Assembly: GCF_964204645.1 (NCBI RefSeq)
Contig: NC_134028.1
Span: forward strand, 2,976,001-3,040,000
Reading direction: 5' to 3'
DNA from: Tubulanus polymorphus
Taxonomy: Eukaryota; Animalia; Nemertea
Length of the DNA: 64,000 nucleotides
Part shown: piece by piece, positions 52,232 through 64,000 of the stretch
Layout of the letters: each line of letters opens with the position of its first letter
How positions within the stretch are numbered: the first letter of the stretch is position 1
Translations under genes and position numbers: made by a program
Notes under the pieces: generated by a model
What the model was told of the DNA's origin: nothing
Databases searched by the model: none
What the model saw: the letters and a program-made list of their open reading frames with translations, nothing else

Positions 52232-54145
52232 ATATATGTCATAAGATACATTTCAACTGTGAATTTCGCCATTACTTTTATCTACCGAATGCGCTAGATC
52301 TATTTTTTCCAATGTTTTGCTCAATATTCGAAGTAATAAAACTGTCGCAGTTCTGTAATATATACATGTTTCAAAACTGCAAATAAAGTTCTGAATGAAA
52401 GTTTCTTATTTTGTTATCCGTGATGAGGGCTCTCTGCCGATCAGCAGATTTGGACGTTATCAGCCCAAGTAATATTATCGAGAACGTGAAAAGTACATGA
52501 ACTTTCTTTGTCTTGTCAGAGTAGCTTGAGTAGCATGCATAGTCTTGTAATACCAAGGTTTTTTGATACCAAATCATTTAAGATTGTCGCTGAAAGCTAT
52601 TTGATAGTGATGCTACGGGCGAACCCATTACTATTCTGGATATTTCATTTGTCCGTTTTAATTACCCCTGTTTAAATAGGCTTGAATGGGCTTGATTGCG
52701 AGTTACAATCTGTTTCCGATTTCGAGATAAAATGTGTCTACCCCATCGCGAGTTGTAATATGAAATTCACGACGTGCAGATCTACGGATCGTGTCTTGTG
52801 GCATTCATTATGCGTATAGTAACTCGGCCAATTTTTCATAAGAAAATACGCGAATTTGAGAAATAAATATTCGAGATTTTTACTTGTTGGTCGTTTTTAA
52901 ATCAGAAATAAAATAAAACATCAGAAAGAAACGTCAATCTCGCTGGTTTTTACTAATTAATTGGCTTTATGATTATCTAAAAATCACCTAAATTATCTAC
53001 TAAGGCAACAATGCCGCAAAGTTGCCAATTTATCTTAAGAACATTGCCACTAAAGCGCATAAACGTTTGTTATCTGAATGGCCCGATGTTTCGACCGGGC
53101 GGGTACACCTCAGAAGCTTCGACGCGTTCGGCAGGAAAATGGAAATATATTTCATTACGACACGTAGTGTATTATAATGTAAATTGAATGGTACACTTGA
53201 ATTCCTTTTTCAGATAAAACACAATACGATAATTTTTCTTTTGTCCGGTTTGACAGTTCATTTCGATGCATCGAGCTTGCGCCGTACACGGAACTGGTTT
53301 CTGCACGGAGGCGTGGCTTAGCGTTTTTCGCTTTACTGAGTCACGCCGTTTGCTAATATTATGCCGACTAGTGTAAAAGCAATACAACATATATGCGATA
53401 AACAACGAAATAATCGATTTGGTTCGTAGAAAAAACATCCTACATCGAATTTGTAACCATCGACCGATTATCAATCGGAATTTACAAACGACGTTCCCGT
53501 ATTTAATCAGTTGGTTATTTTCATTGCATCCAATCTAATGGTTATTCGAAGAACGGTAATTTTGCCAAGTCAAGTTTTGATTATCTTTCTTAGATTGAAC
53601 ATTTCTGCAATTACCAACACCCTGTCCGCATCCGCAAAATCCGGTACCTGGCACGCGAGTGCCTATTGTTTCAAGGTTATGTGGTTATCACATTTTGACC
53701 TACTTATTTAGATGAAATCGCCGTTTTTTCGCAGTTGAAGTGTTATCAGGTAATGCCGTTGCGATTAACCAGGATTTTGTTAATCTGGAAGAAATCCCAC
53801 AATTAAAGAAACGAAAATGAAACTCGATTACTTGGTTTTCTTACTAAGAAGACAAACTGCGCTGCGGTCTACGTCTATATGGCCTTTTTTGGCCCATCCC
53901 CATCGCATTCGCATGCAATTGCAATATGTTAGTTCAATCACGCACACATTTTGCGAATAGGGTTTTTGTATGTATAATCCATATATTTGAATATTTCATA
54001 ATTGCGTATACTTTTAGATTGCCAGAATTCGTAGATATGGATGCAGTGGTAGAGACAATCCGCTGATTAAAATGGGCAATCTCGACTGCTGTAGGGAATT
54101 ACTACTATTATATTTTCATAATTTGCGTAATGAAATATCCTGACG

Positions 54146-57100
54146 ATGGCTGGCAGACAGGATCTACACGCTTTGGATCGGATACATATCGATGCTACCA
54201 ATTTTGCTCAAGCGCAAAGTAACGTTTTAACCGGATATGATCCGACATCCACCCTTTTGGGGGTTGGCGCGATTCCCGGAACTACCGTTTTGGGGACATC
54301 GTTCGGTTATCAAGACAGAATTCTTTCCACGCCGATAAACCTTTCCCAAACAGGTAGGTCTGAAACCTAGTTTTAAATCATTGATTTATCTTTTATTTTT
54401 TATATCGAATATCATCAGTATCGTGCATTTAGAAATTCATTTATAAAACAAGAAAATATGCCTACACAAGGATTTCTCATAATTGTTTTTGATGAAATAT
54501 GATAGATATTCATCACTGTATATGCTTCTGAAAAATATGTTTTATGATAGATATTTTTTGATCGGGCTTATTTTTTAATATACATCTAGTCTATTGCGAC
54601 AAAGAAAACTGGTTAAATAGCCAAGGCCCTTAGGTCTATATTTCAAACCTAGAAACATGCACAATATCAGCCTGGAGGAAACTTCTAGATTGGTATTGAA
54701 TAAATATATGCGAAGTTATCCACTTTCTTAATTTCATGCTATGCATAGTACAATTATGTGATAATTGAATACCTATTATTCTTGATTCCGCAAGTCATTC
54801 AATATTATTATGAAGCCAAACTATTATTCTCTAGACATGGTCTTCTGACAAAGGCTTTTGTTAGAAAGAGTAAGTGCTTTTAATTTGAATTAAAGCTGAC
54901 ACAATCATGTTCAATTAAGATTTAATGCACTCAGTTCAAAGCAAACAGTCACTGCATTCTCTGAGAATTGAAGTATTTTTGAAACGGATCATGCCCATAG
55001 GATTCTTTGATGTTCGCCTGATAGCCTCCATAAAACAGAAATTATGTATTCCAATAACTTGCATAATATACACATTTCTCGGAACTCCAGGAATTATGGT
55101 ATTTGAAAAAAGAATATCCTTGGTCTTTTATATAGTCTACATAAATATTTGAAATAGCCCAAGTCATATTCATATTCTCTAGGTTTTATAAAAGAATATA
55201 TGCAACTGTAACCCTCACTTTCCTTAGTCATTATGTTTTGTGTCTTAGTCATTTTATGTTATATTATTTAGGAATGCTGTATTATGCATGGTTAATTGTG
55301 TATTTTCTTTTTAAATCTTGGCGTGTGTTTTTCATTCGATGTATTAATTTCTTTCTTGATATTATTCTTTTTCTTTTTTTTGGTTTTGAATCTATTTCAC
55401 AAACTTGAATTTCTAGCTGGGAATGCCTCATCCTCTTGGTGTAACCCTTATTATCCGCATGGTCTGGACTTTTACAAAGCTTCTCACTCCATACCTCCTC
55501 ACTATTGGCCTTCATCTTCGCATTCTGAAGGTAAGAGCCATTTCTTCATTTAAACTGCTTTGAAAACTGCGCACGAATAAAATGAAGCTGTTAAAAATTG
55601 ATGCAATGAGATAGGCTTTAAAGGTCTTAAATGATTTTACCAGACATATTTTTGGATTGATTTTTAAATCGTCAAATATCCATTTTTGGGGGATTAATCG
55701 TCTTCAGAACATTACGAATTATTTATCAATTTCGCTTCGGCAAAAAATAATGCGAGCAACTCTATTCTAATCAAACCGAGCTGTAAGATGATTGAATTAA
55801 TTGCGTCCTCGTGTTATGATGAAGTCAGGAAGTTAGTTATAATTTCTAGACGAGGAATCGCTCTATATGAGCTCAAATTATGAACACTCTCTGCACGCAT
55901 GTAAAAAGGTTCTTCAAAACCTAATTGCAATTACGTAGAACGCTAGAACTGATGTAAATATGAGAAACGATATCACCTGTAAAACGTATACAAATGTTTC
56001 GATCACAAGTGGCAAATTACCTGGATCCGGTTGGATCTGTGTTCAAAATTTGAAATATTACCCGATAACTGTTAGTTTCAAATGTGTTTAAAAAATATAT
56101 TAAGTCGTCTCGTTAATGGACATCGTGTAAATGCACTTCTATTTGTCAATATGGCTAATGATATGTAGCTACTGTCAACTGTATGGTACCTAATGGCTCT
56201 CCAGGCAGATAGTTGATTGAAATATTATCAGCAACAAAAAACTGATTGATGTAGCAATCATTTGAGTATTTTGAAGTTCTCCGTTGCTTTAGAATTTCTA
56301 TAATAAACAGATCGAATCGCTTTCTAATCTAGAGGGCTTTATTTATCAAACGAGAAAAATGTCTGTGAAGTGATTTCTTTTATCAATTTTTGAATAAAAT
56401 ATTCTTATCAGCTTTCACTGATAATATGGAGGTGATCACGTATTCTAAAAGTGCCGAGTACTCATAAATTATTTCAGCAGAAATAGATTTAATCCGATCA
56501 CGAATCACACGACTATAAGGTGATTAAGATCAGTACATAGGAGGGTGTCTGAAAATTATTAATCAATGTCTATCCTTGAAATTAAAACGAGAAGTTATGT
56601 ACAAATCAACTATGCATGGTATTTAATTTTTATGCCATAAAAACTGTTACAATAATGTTTATACACTTTGATAACTAGTATGCGTTATATAGGGGTTCAG
56701 TGTGAGTGATGTACAAAAGTCTTCGATGTTGAAAAATAACAACAACAATTGTGAATTTTCATCATCAATTTTCAACTGCCGTATTTCATCAATATATTGG
56801 GTCCGGTTGCCGGTCAAATCAATTATCGATATATTCTTATTCAAAATTACTTTATCGTTCCTTAATATTATATAATTATGTTCCATTATTTATTGTTGAT
56901 AATGCCTTATTTTCAAGCATTCAAGTTATTTTTCTCGTAGAGAAATGTATGCATGTATATGATGTTCTTTTGACTATAATACTAAAATATGTTTATTTTT
57001 CATTTCGAGAAAATATCTTATTTTGTAGAAAGATAAGCTAAATCAAAAAATGATTTGATTTCCAAGAAGCTGAATTTTGAATTTTAAGAAATATTAATTC

Positions 57101-57649
57101 AGTACTCTTAGAGAGGCACATGTTTATTTCTTATGATAAACACTAGGTTCTATTTGCGTTTCCCGCGACTGTCTGATATTTCAATTGAAGTAAAAAATGC
57201 AATATTGAGTTGAAATGTCACTATTCTCTTTTATCTTCCTCTCTCTTCAATATTGTAGGTTTTCTCTTCGATTTAATCTCACAGACAGACGGCCTCTCCT
57301 TCTGCGTTTATTCCTCAACTAGATGCTATATTTAGTGAATGAGCATGAATTAAGTCGTTGAGAGTTATTTATGAAACGGAAGTTATCGAAGATAATGAAA
57401 TTCCGTCGATCGATAAAGTAATCAATTTATCGTTTGTTGTTTCAGGATTTGGTTCGTTTGGATTAAGTAATAATGCGACGGCTATATCGTATATGCCGTA
57501 TTTGCCGATATTGTCAGCTGGCGCGACTGCTGCCACCGCCGCTGATATGTCTTCTTTATTTCCGCCCACCATCACTCCCCACATGCCACAAACGCCGACA
57601 GCCAATGTTCAACCGATCTACCATCGAATTTATGACTTGGGTCAAAAAG
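54146..57649 (+). CDS. 5' coding exons of an unidentified gene (Ser/Pro/Ala-rich N-terminus), 3'-partial. Exons: 54146-54353, 55417-55530, 57446-57649
   Basis: acgATGg start, three GC-richer open segments with good acceptors/donors (GTAGGT, GTAAGA, GTAAGG) all joined in phase 1; no further exon or stop recognised in the window. Confidence 0.7.
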
Positions 57650-57731
57650 GTAAGGGGCGAAAAAGCGTTACATTTTACACTTCCGACGTTGAGACAATGA
57701 TCGTTCTATACAGCATTTGATCGATCAATAG

Positions 57732-57810
57732 CCCAGAGATGATTTGGCGCGGGTCAAACTGGCCTGGATTAGACCCGAATAAAATTTGGCCCGTGCCTAA
57801 TTAGAGAACG
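57732..57810. repeat. Dispersed repeat fragment, inverted homolog of about 63473-63550
   Basis: Reverse complement CTCTAATTAGGCACGGGCCAAATTT...AATCATCTC aligns to CTCTAATTAGGCACGTGCCAAATTT...AATCATCTC. Confidence 0.7.
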
Positions 57811-58555
57811 CGTTCACACGTAAACCACTCACTCTCCTTTGTCAGTATCTCGCGTCAACGTTTGGTATCCCACCACTTGCCTTTGTTTTAGTTTTCCAAT
57901 AAAAAAACGGGATAGAAATAGTTGAAGCATCTTCTAATGGTGAAATCTGAAATTTATTTGTATCGCATTTGGATAGTATTAAAAAAAAAAATCTAGTACC
58001 CTCCGGGTATATAGGGATACTCTGGTTATTCAACTCTTGAGGACAGGTTATTTAGAACTGTAACCACGTTCTATTCTAGTGAGAATAACAGCAATTTCAG
58101 TCGCTCTATTGGAAACAATGACGTCAAAGTTGGTTTTTTTCCTAAACGTTCATCGAGAAAAATCCTACAGCTGCAAGAGTGCATAAATATGAATTGATTA
58201 TTCGAATTGATCCGAGTTATAAGAATCGTACAGCTTACATATTCAAATAATGAGATATGATAAATTAATTCTGAAAAAAAAAACTCGAAGTAAGAAATTA
58301 GATTCGAAAAAAATGTAATCGTTTATATATATATGACCAAGAATCTGGTGTCCCCAGCTATTCTATTACTTCCACTTTTACTTTTAACAAGATATAAAGA
58401 TATTTCCATGAATTTATTTGTTAATGTCGTGACGTTATCGTCACTGCGACACTACGGATCAGTTTTGAGGTTGTTTTTCTGGACGACGACGGAATCGCGT
58501 GGCCTTGATACTCGTCAAGGTAACAACACGAGTTACTGAGCTATGTGTACTCTCT

Positions 58556-58558
<3 letters not shown>

Positions 58559-58610
<52 letters not shown>

Positions 58611-58652
58611 TGGTCGTCGTGGTGTAGTGTGCGCATACACACACACACACAC
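58559..58652. repeat. (CT)n microsatellite (58559-58606) and nearby (CA)n tract
   Basis: Direct inspection. Confidence 0.95.
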
Positions 58653-59887
58653 ATACTGAAACATTGCAGTTACAGAGCGCCCGATGATTGATTTTGTGAC
58701 GGAGTATAATGCTCTGTGTGAGAGCATTGCTGTGGTGTATTTCGCAGTGCGCAGCAGAACGCACGCACCGTTTTTACAATGGATATCATCGTTTTCACGT
58801 TTCGTAGAGGATTAGTTAACATCGTCAAAACGTAAGTGGACGCGTTTTCATCGTCGTTGTTTTCGTGAAAGATTTCAGATTCGGGACGATCGTCGCATTC
58901 CCTCGTTGATCGGGAGATGACATTCGTTTAGTTATGGTGAAAATTTACATTACAACGCAGTTTGTGTGTGTACCTGTTATACATGTGCTTCCATTTCATT
59001 ATCATTACTGAATTTGGAATAAACGATATCTCATTTCGATCGTTGAAATTATGCAAATATTCAATAATATGGGGATAATGTAATATGGTATCAATTACTG
59101 GGTGGTAAATTTTGAAACGACGACGAGATCATAATTTCTTTCTTTATCGCTACGATCCTGCTTCATATCGTTAACGGAGGTTTTTTCCAAAGGTTGGATA
59201 CAATTTCATCCGTGCGTGGATGATATCGGAAGAGAAATCAATTTCACTTTGTAAATTGGATTAGAAGCATCTTGTTTGCTTCTACGTATTACCAGGGATG
59301 AGTGAGAAACCGCCCTCGTATTACGTGAACTACTCCTGAAATATTTCGTCATACGTTCATCTAATTTATCTCTAAATTAACGCATCATGAACCTGCCCGC
59401 ATAGAAATTTCAGGAGCACATATATCTAAGTGTAAAATCTTTTGAAGTAATTATGAATAATATGCTTCTAGCCTCGAGGGTTTTTGAAGTATTCATTTTC
59501 ACTCAATGAATTGATCAATGGATAAACTTCAAACCCGTGCAATTGTTGAAGATTGTCATCAAAACATATATCTACATCTTCTAAGCGAGCAACTCTGTTA
59601 GTAAGCAAGTAAGCGCTATGGGCAAACCTCACATAATTACATGAACTGTTCGCTAAACACTTTCAATTTTGTAAATATTTTGCATTTATTTTATACAATA
59701 CCTGATTCGATAATAGATAGGATTTATTTCCAGTCTCAATCATTACACGCACACGTTTTAGTCGTATTCTGTTTATTGGACACTGTTGAATTATTCATCA
59801 TTATGCGCGATGAATCTTTCGATTAAACGCTCCTCACTCGCGCGGTGCTGATAAAACACACGTTGTTTAGACCATTGGACCGGATCA

Positions 59888-59971
59888 CTAGCTCTCTTCG
59901 CTAGCTTTCTTCGCTAGCTCTCTCCGCTAGCTCTCTCCGCTAGCTCTCTTCGCTAGCTCTCTTCGCTAGCT
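59888..59971. repeat. Tandem repeat, 13-bp unit CTAGCTCTCTTCG, about 6.5 copies
   Basis: Direct inspection. Confidence 0.9.
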
Positions 59972-62900
59972 TCATCGCATTTATGAAGAAAAAAAATTGT
60001 AGATATGTATGTGGTGATTAGGTTGATAATATGCGCGAATAGATGAATGTCAAACAGCCACTCCCTTTACTGCTGCTTGAGATCCCTGACCCTAAGTTTA
60101 GACTCACTTGCATGTTTTTCTAAACGTTATAAGTTTTTGGCCGCTAGCATTCCATTAACTGTTTAAATAGAAAAGAACCTTCGAATAAATACTTGTAAAG
60201 AAGGGTATCACATTTTTAGATTAGGTTTAGCTTTTATTGTGCATAATTTAGAAATGTTCATATTATCTGCACTGGCAAAAGCATCCGATATAAAACGTTG
60301 TCTAGATTTCACAAGTATGGATAGGATATATCACCGGTAGCTTCAGGTGTTTGGAAGGTTTCATTGTTTATTCAAGAAAAGGTTGCCAACCAGGAAGTTT
60401 TTTTACCTAGAAATTCCATGTACGATCATATGATTCGTTCAGCCAGTTTTCTATACATACGCGATTGAGAATCCGTTCTCATCGGCCGCATTACTGAAAC
60501 CAAGCCGGAGGATTGCTAATGCTGTATGTGACATGGGAGTTGAAATGCTGGCAAATTGCCGGCTATTGAGTAAAATGCTGATGAGAAATAACACTATCTA
60601 TCCCTTCAATGTTGATGGGCCGATACAGTTTATCTCTTTATAGAATTCTTTCTGTTAATATTCTGGTATATTGTATGTGAAACATGCGGAATTAGGGGAT
60701 TATTGGTTCCTGAAGTTTTGATAAAACGGTCGGTTAAAACATTGTGAAAAGCCTATAGAATGTAGGCCTATATTCATTAGTTTTACTTTACTCAACGATG
60801 ATAGTTTTTTTTACTGTTATGAAGACATTTCATCTCATTCAGTTTATTAGTTCAGGTATCCGAAACTGATATTTCAACGTTTTAATGACTATCCCTTAAT
60901 TTCAACTTTTTCAAATACTCATTATCTGAATGGTAAATCCGCGGCGTTAATTGTTTTGCTAATTAATTGATGAAGAAATTTCAGCTGGGCTTGTAAATGT
61001 CAGTACAGTTATAATGTATATTGATCACTTAGCAGCACTAGATTGAGAGATATAGCGAGATACATAGTTATATTGACAATTGTTTTGACTACGAGCCAAA
61101 CCTGAATAACCAAACTGTAATAGTACATAATGTATTTGTGCGGTGGTTTTCAAACATTTGACAAAGTATCGATGATTCTTTAGTTATTTGATCACCATTG
61201 AACTGATGGATAATGCGGATACCATGCATAGTTTCAATGTTTATTCGATCATGAAGATTCGTTCTAAATCACAATACAGGTAACATAATTGAGCTGATTG
61301 ATCTAATAAACTCATTACTGATGTGTTAAATGTTCATTTGAACGCGTCCTTTTCCATGAAACTCGGGGTACAATAAATAGATATCTACCGGGCTTGTCAA
61401 TGAAAATACACAAATAAAAAATGGGAAAAAATCACTTAAAACACTCGGTCTGATGACATGATTGAATTTAAAGAGTATTCAGAGCTAGATGTGATATTCA
61501 GGTATCAGGTAATTAGTTATGTCTGACCAGGGTCTGACTGTCACTGGTTTTGGCCTTTTTGAACGATGAAGCGCCGCTGAAGCGCCGATGAAGCGCCGCA
61601 CATCTCTGCAGTCCTCCGTGTGTCTTCCTCATGCGGGGTAAATCGACAGTAATATCAATATTATCGGAACAAGAAGTTGAAGAACAATCAGGTCTATCAT
61701 AAACCTAGGATTTTCTGTCAATAATCCTCGAGTATAGTCGAGATACTGCGATGATTTTATTGGATTTTGTTAATTTTGATACCAACGATTTGAGAATATC
61801 AATGATATTCACGATCAGAAAGTAATTCATTTTACCTATGATATGTTCTTGAACCTGATATCGGTCGTGGTGATCGCGATGAAGGACATGTCTTCACAAT
61901 GCCAAAACGCTTTACTTTCTTGATTATACTCAGTTACTATTTCAACCCAACCACTCCCGCATCGTATAATATAACTATGTCTTCAAATTCACTCACTGCG
62001 AGTGTCTTTAGTTCTATGAAATCCTTATTTGCATCAACTGAATAATAGATAGTATATAAAGTGAATATCATAAAACCATAGGAATTCAGATAACAATTGA
62101 CGAAACGTTCTGAGTCTGTGTCGGTAACGATAATATAGAAAAGTCCCGCAATAAGAAAAAAATGAGTCCAAGGGAATGATTCAATTTTGACATTTTTGAC
62201 TATGTTCAAATATTCATCTTCAGGAATACTGATTGATTCAAAAATCAATCATCAACAAAAGGAAAAACCACTTCAGACTCGTTTCTCTTTCTGTGCGATT
62301 TTTCTTCATAAACCGTTTAGATGTTTTATCACCGTTCATCGCAGTTGTTTTTATGCGTGTAGTTCATTTGTTTCTATGAAAATCACATGAAACCGTCAGT
62401 GATCGATCGACGAACTCTGTTCCGACGAGATTTTACCTAGTTATTATCGATGATTTTTCTTCTATCGATTCGGTTCGTCGACGGTTCTGTATTTCATCGA
62501 TCGTATTTTGTTTTCCGTCGTCGTTCTGTCGCCGCGATGTAAAATATATCTGCGTAAATCATCGTCGGTCTCTACTAGTTTTATGAAATCACCTATGAAT
62601 TTCATCATGCGTTTGTATCGTGCCTTCAGAGCTATTACTATTGAAGGCGCTCTTCGGAGACAAGTGATGACTTGAACGAACATTTCTTGAACTATCCTTT
62701 GAATTCGGAGAGAGTTGCTATCACGCAGGGGTTGGGGGTAAGGAATACCGCGTTGGTGTTTGTCTCAAATGCACATTCACCAAATGACATGAGGTGATCT
62801 GATATTAACTGAAGGTTCTCTCTTGGAGCAAGGGTTTCGACTCACCTGTAAAGGTTGAAGAGGTGAGAGGGAGCCAGGAGCATGGAGCATTTGAACATAG

Positions 62901-63134
62901 ACGACTGTAAAACAAGATTGAACAAGATATCAGTAAATAAATCATATGAATTTTCTTAGGAATTCAGTTATGAAGATAGACCAATGCTTGAATATATGAG
63001 TGACTTCTTAGGTAACATACTTGAAGTGAATTGTACATATTTTACTATTTTGCATTCCACTGAAAATCTATTGGTTTTGTTTATCAAAGTATTTAGATGA
63101 AATCATCTTACATCATAAAATCCTGAGTACCATA

Positions 63135-63246
63135 CAGGGCCCAGTTTCACAAAAAGGATTAAAGCCTAAATTGATTTAAGATAAACTGAATTAATGAAAA
63201 ATTAAATCGATTTAAGAGTTAAACCTTTTTGTGAAACTGGGCCCTG
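63135..63246. mobile_element. Short MITE with perfect 23-bp terminal inverted repeats
   Basis: CAGGGCCCAGTTTCACAAAAAGG ... CCTTTTTGTGAAACTGGGCCCTG around an AT-rich core; a lone related end at about 1633-1656. Confidence 0.8.
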
Positions 63247-64000
63247 GCATGTACATGTTTTTACTGTGTGATCACACAAGCGTTTTTGGCTTGTGCCAAA
63301 TAAGGCCCTGCGCAACAACTGTTCACAGAGGTACCAAATGAACCTGCGCGTCGGACTAAGCCTGAACCAAATTTCAGCACGTTCAAATTATTCCGTGTAA
63401 ATTGCAACTGCTTCTGGAAATGACTCGCTCGGCTTTATTTGAGCATCGTTTAGTATCGACTGAGTGGTTCATGTGCTCTAATTAGGCACGTGCCAAATTT
63501 AGCACGAGCCCGATCTGGGCCAATTTGGTGTGGAACGAATCATCTCCGTGCGATCGCGGCTAATCCATCTCGCGTGTAGCTTATACAACTATTTTTTTTA
63601 CTCTTTATCACGCAGCCTCATTCAGTATATGAGGAATTCCAATATTTGATCGGAATTCACGCGGCTGCTAGGATGGATAGAACGCTCTCTCCGTATCGGA
63701 TAATTTCTATCCTGCCGGCTGCATTTCCTTCTACAGTTCATTAAACATAATTACACGCCACGTACGTTTTAGTATTACTGATATTACGCCATATAGTGAA
63801 AGTGTTGCAGATATTACCGCATACACTGAACATTAGAAAAAAAAGAATATTATTTGTAAGCCGAAGAGCGTATTCTAATATGGATTTGGAAATAAATTAT
63901 TATTTATTATATTATTTAACGTGTTGCAGATATTTGTTGATGGGAATAATTATAATCGAAAATTGATAGTATATTCATTGGCGATGTTGATAAATTTAAT

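Overview
AT-rich, intron-dense genomic DNA from a bilaterian invertebrate (lophotrochozoan-like; this is inference). Left to right: most of a RAPGEF2/6 (PDZ-GEF) gene (+, 5'-most exons probably upstream of the window), SLC25A38 (+), NDUFB10 (-), YKT6 (+, head-to-head with NDUFB10), RPL3 (+, 402 aa, hosting five clear C/D snoRNAs) and the 5' coding exons of an unidentified low-complexity protein gene (+) with uORFs. No prokaryotic features and no CRISPR. Best leads: (1) a GC-rich three-hairpin cassette in RPL3 intron 2 that buries an alternative frameshifting (NMD) 3' splice site and sits about 95 nt below a SNORD83-like snoRNA; (2) snR60/U80 guide functions split over three snoRNAs, two of which carry an extra guide to a 28S adenosine I do not know as methylated in yeast or human; (3) isolated TFIIIC B-boxes at each housekeeping promoter, two in truncated tRNA-like folds; (4) an antisense hammerhead ribozyme insertion in SLC25A38 intron 2 with a decayed sibling; (5) candidate alternative first exons, short cassette exons and a pre-miRNA-like hairpin in RAPGEF2/6. 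All exon models and folds were read by eye; none were computed.
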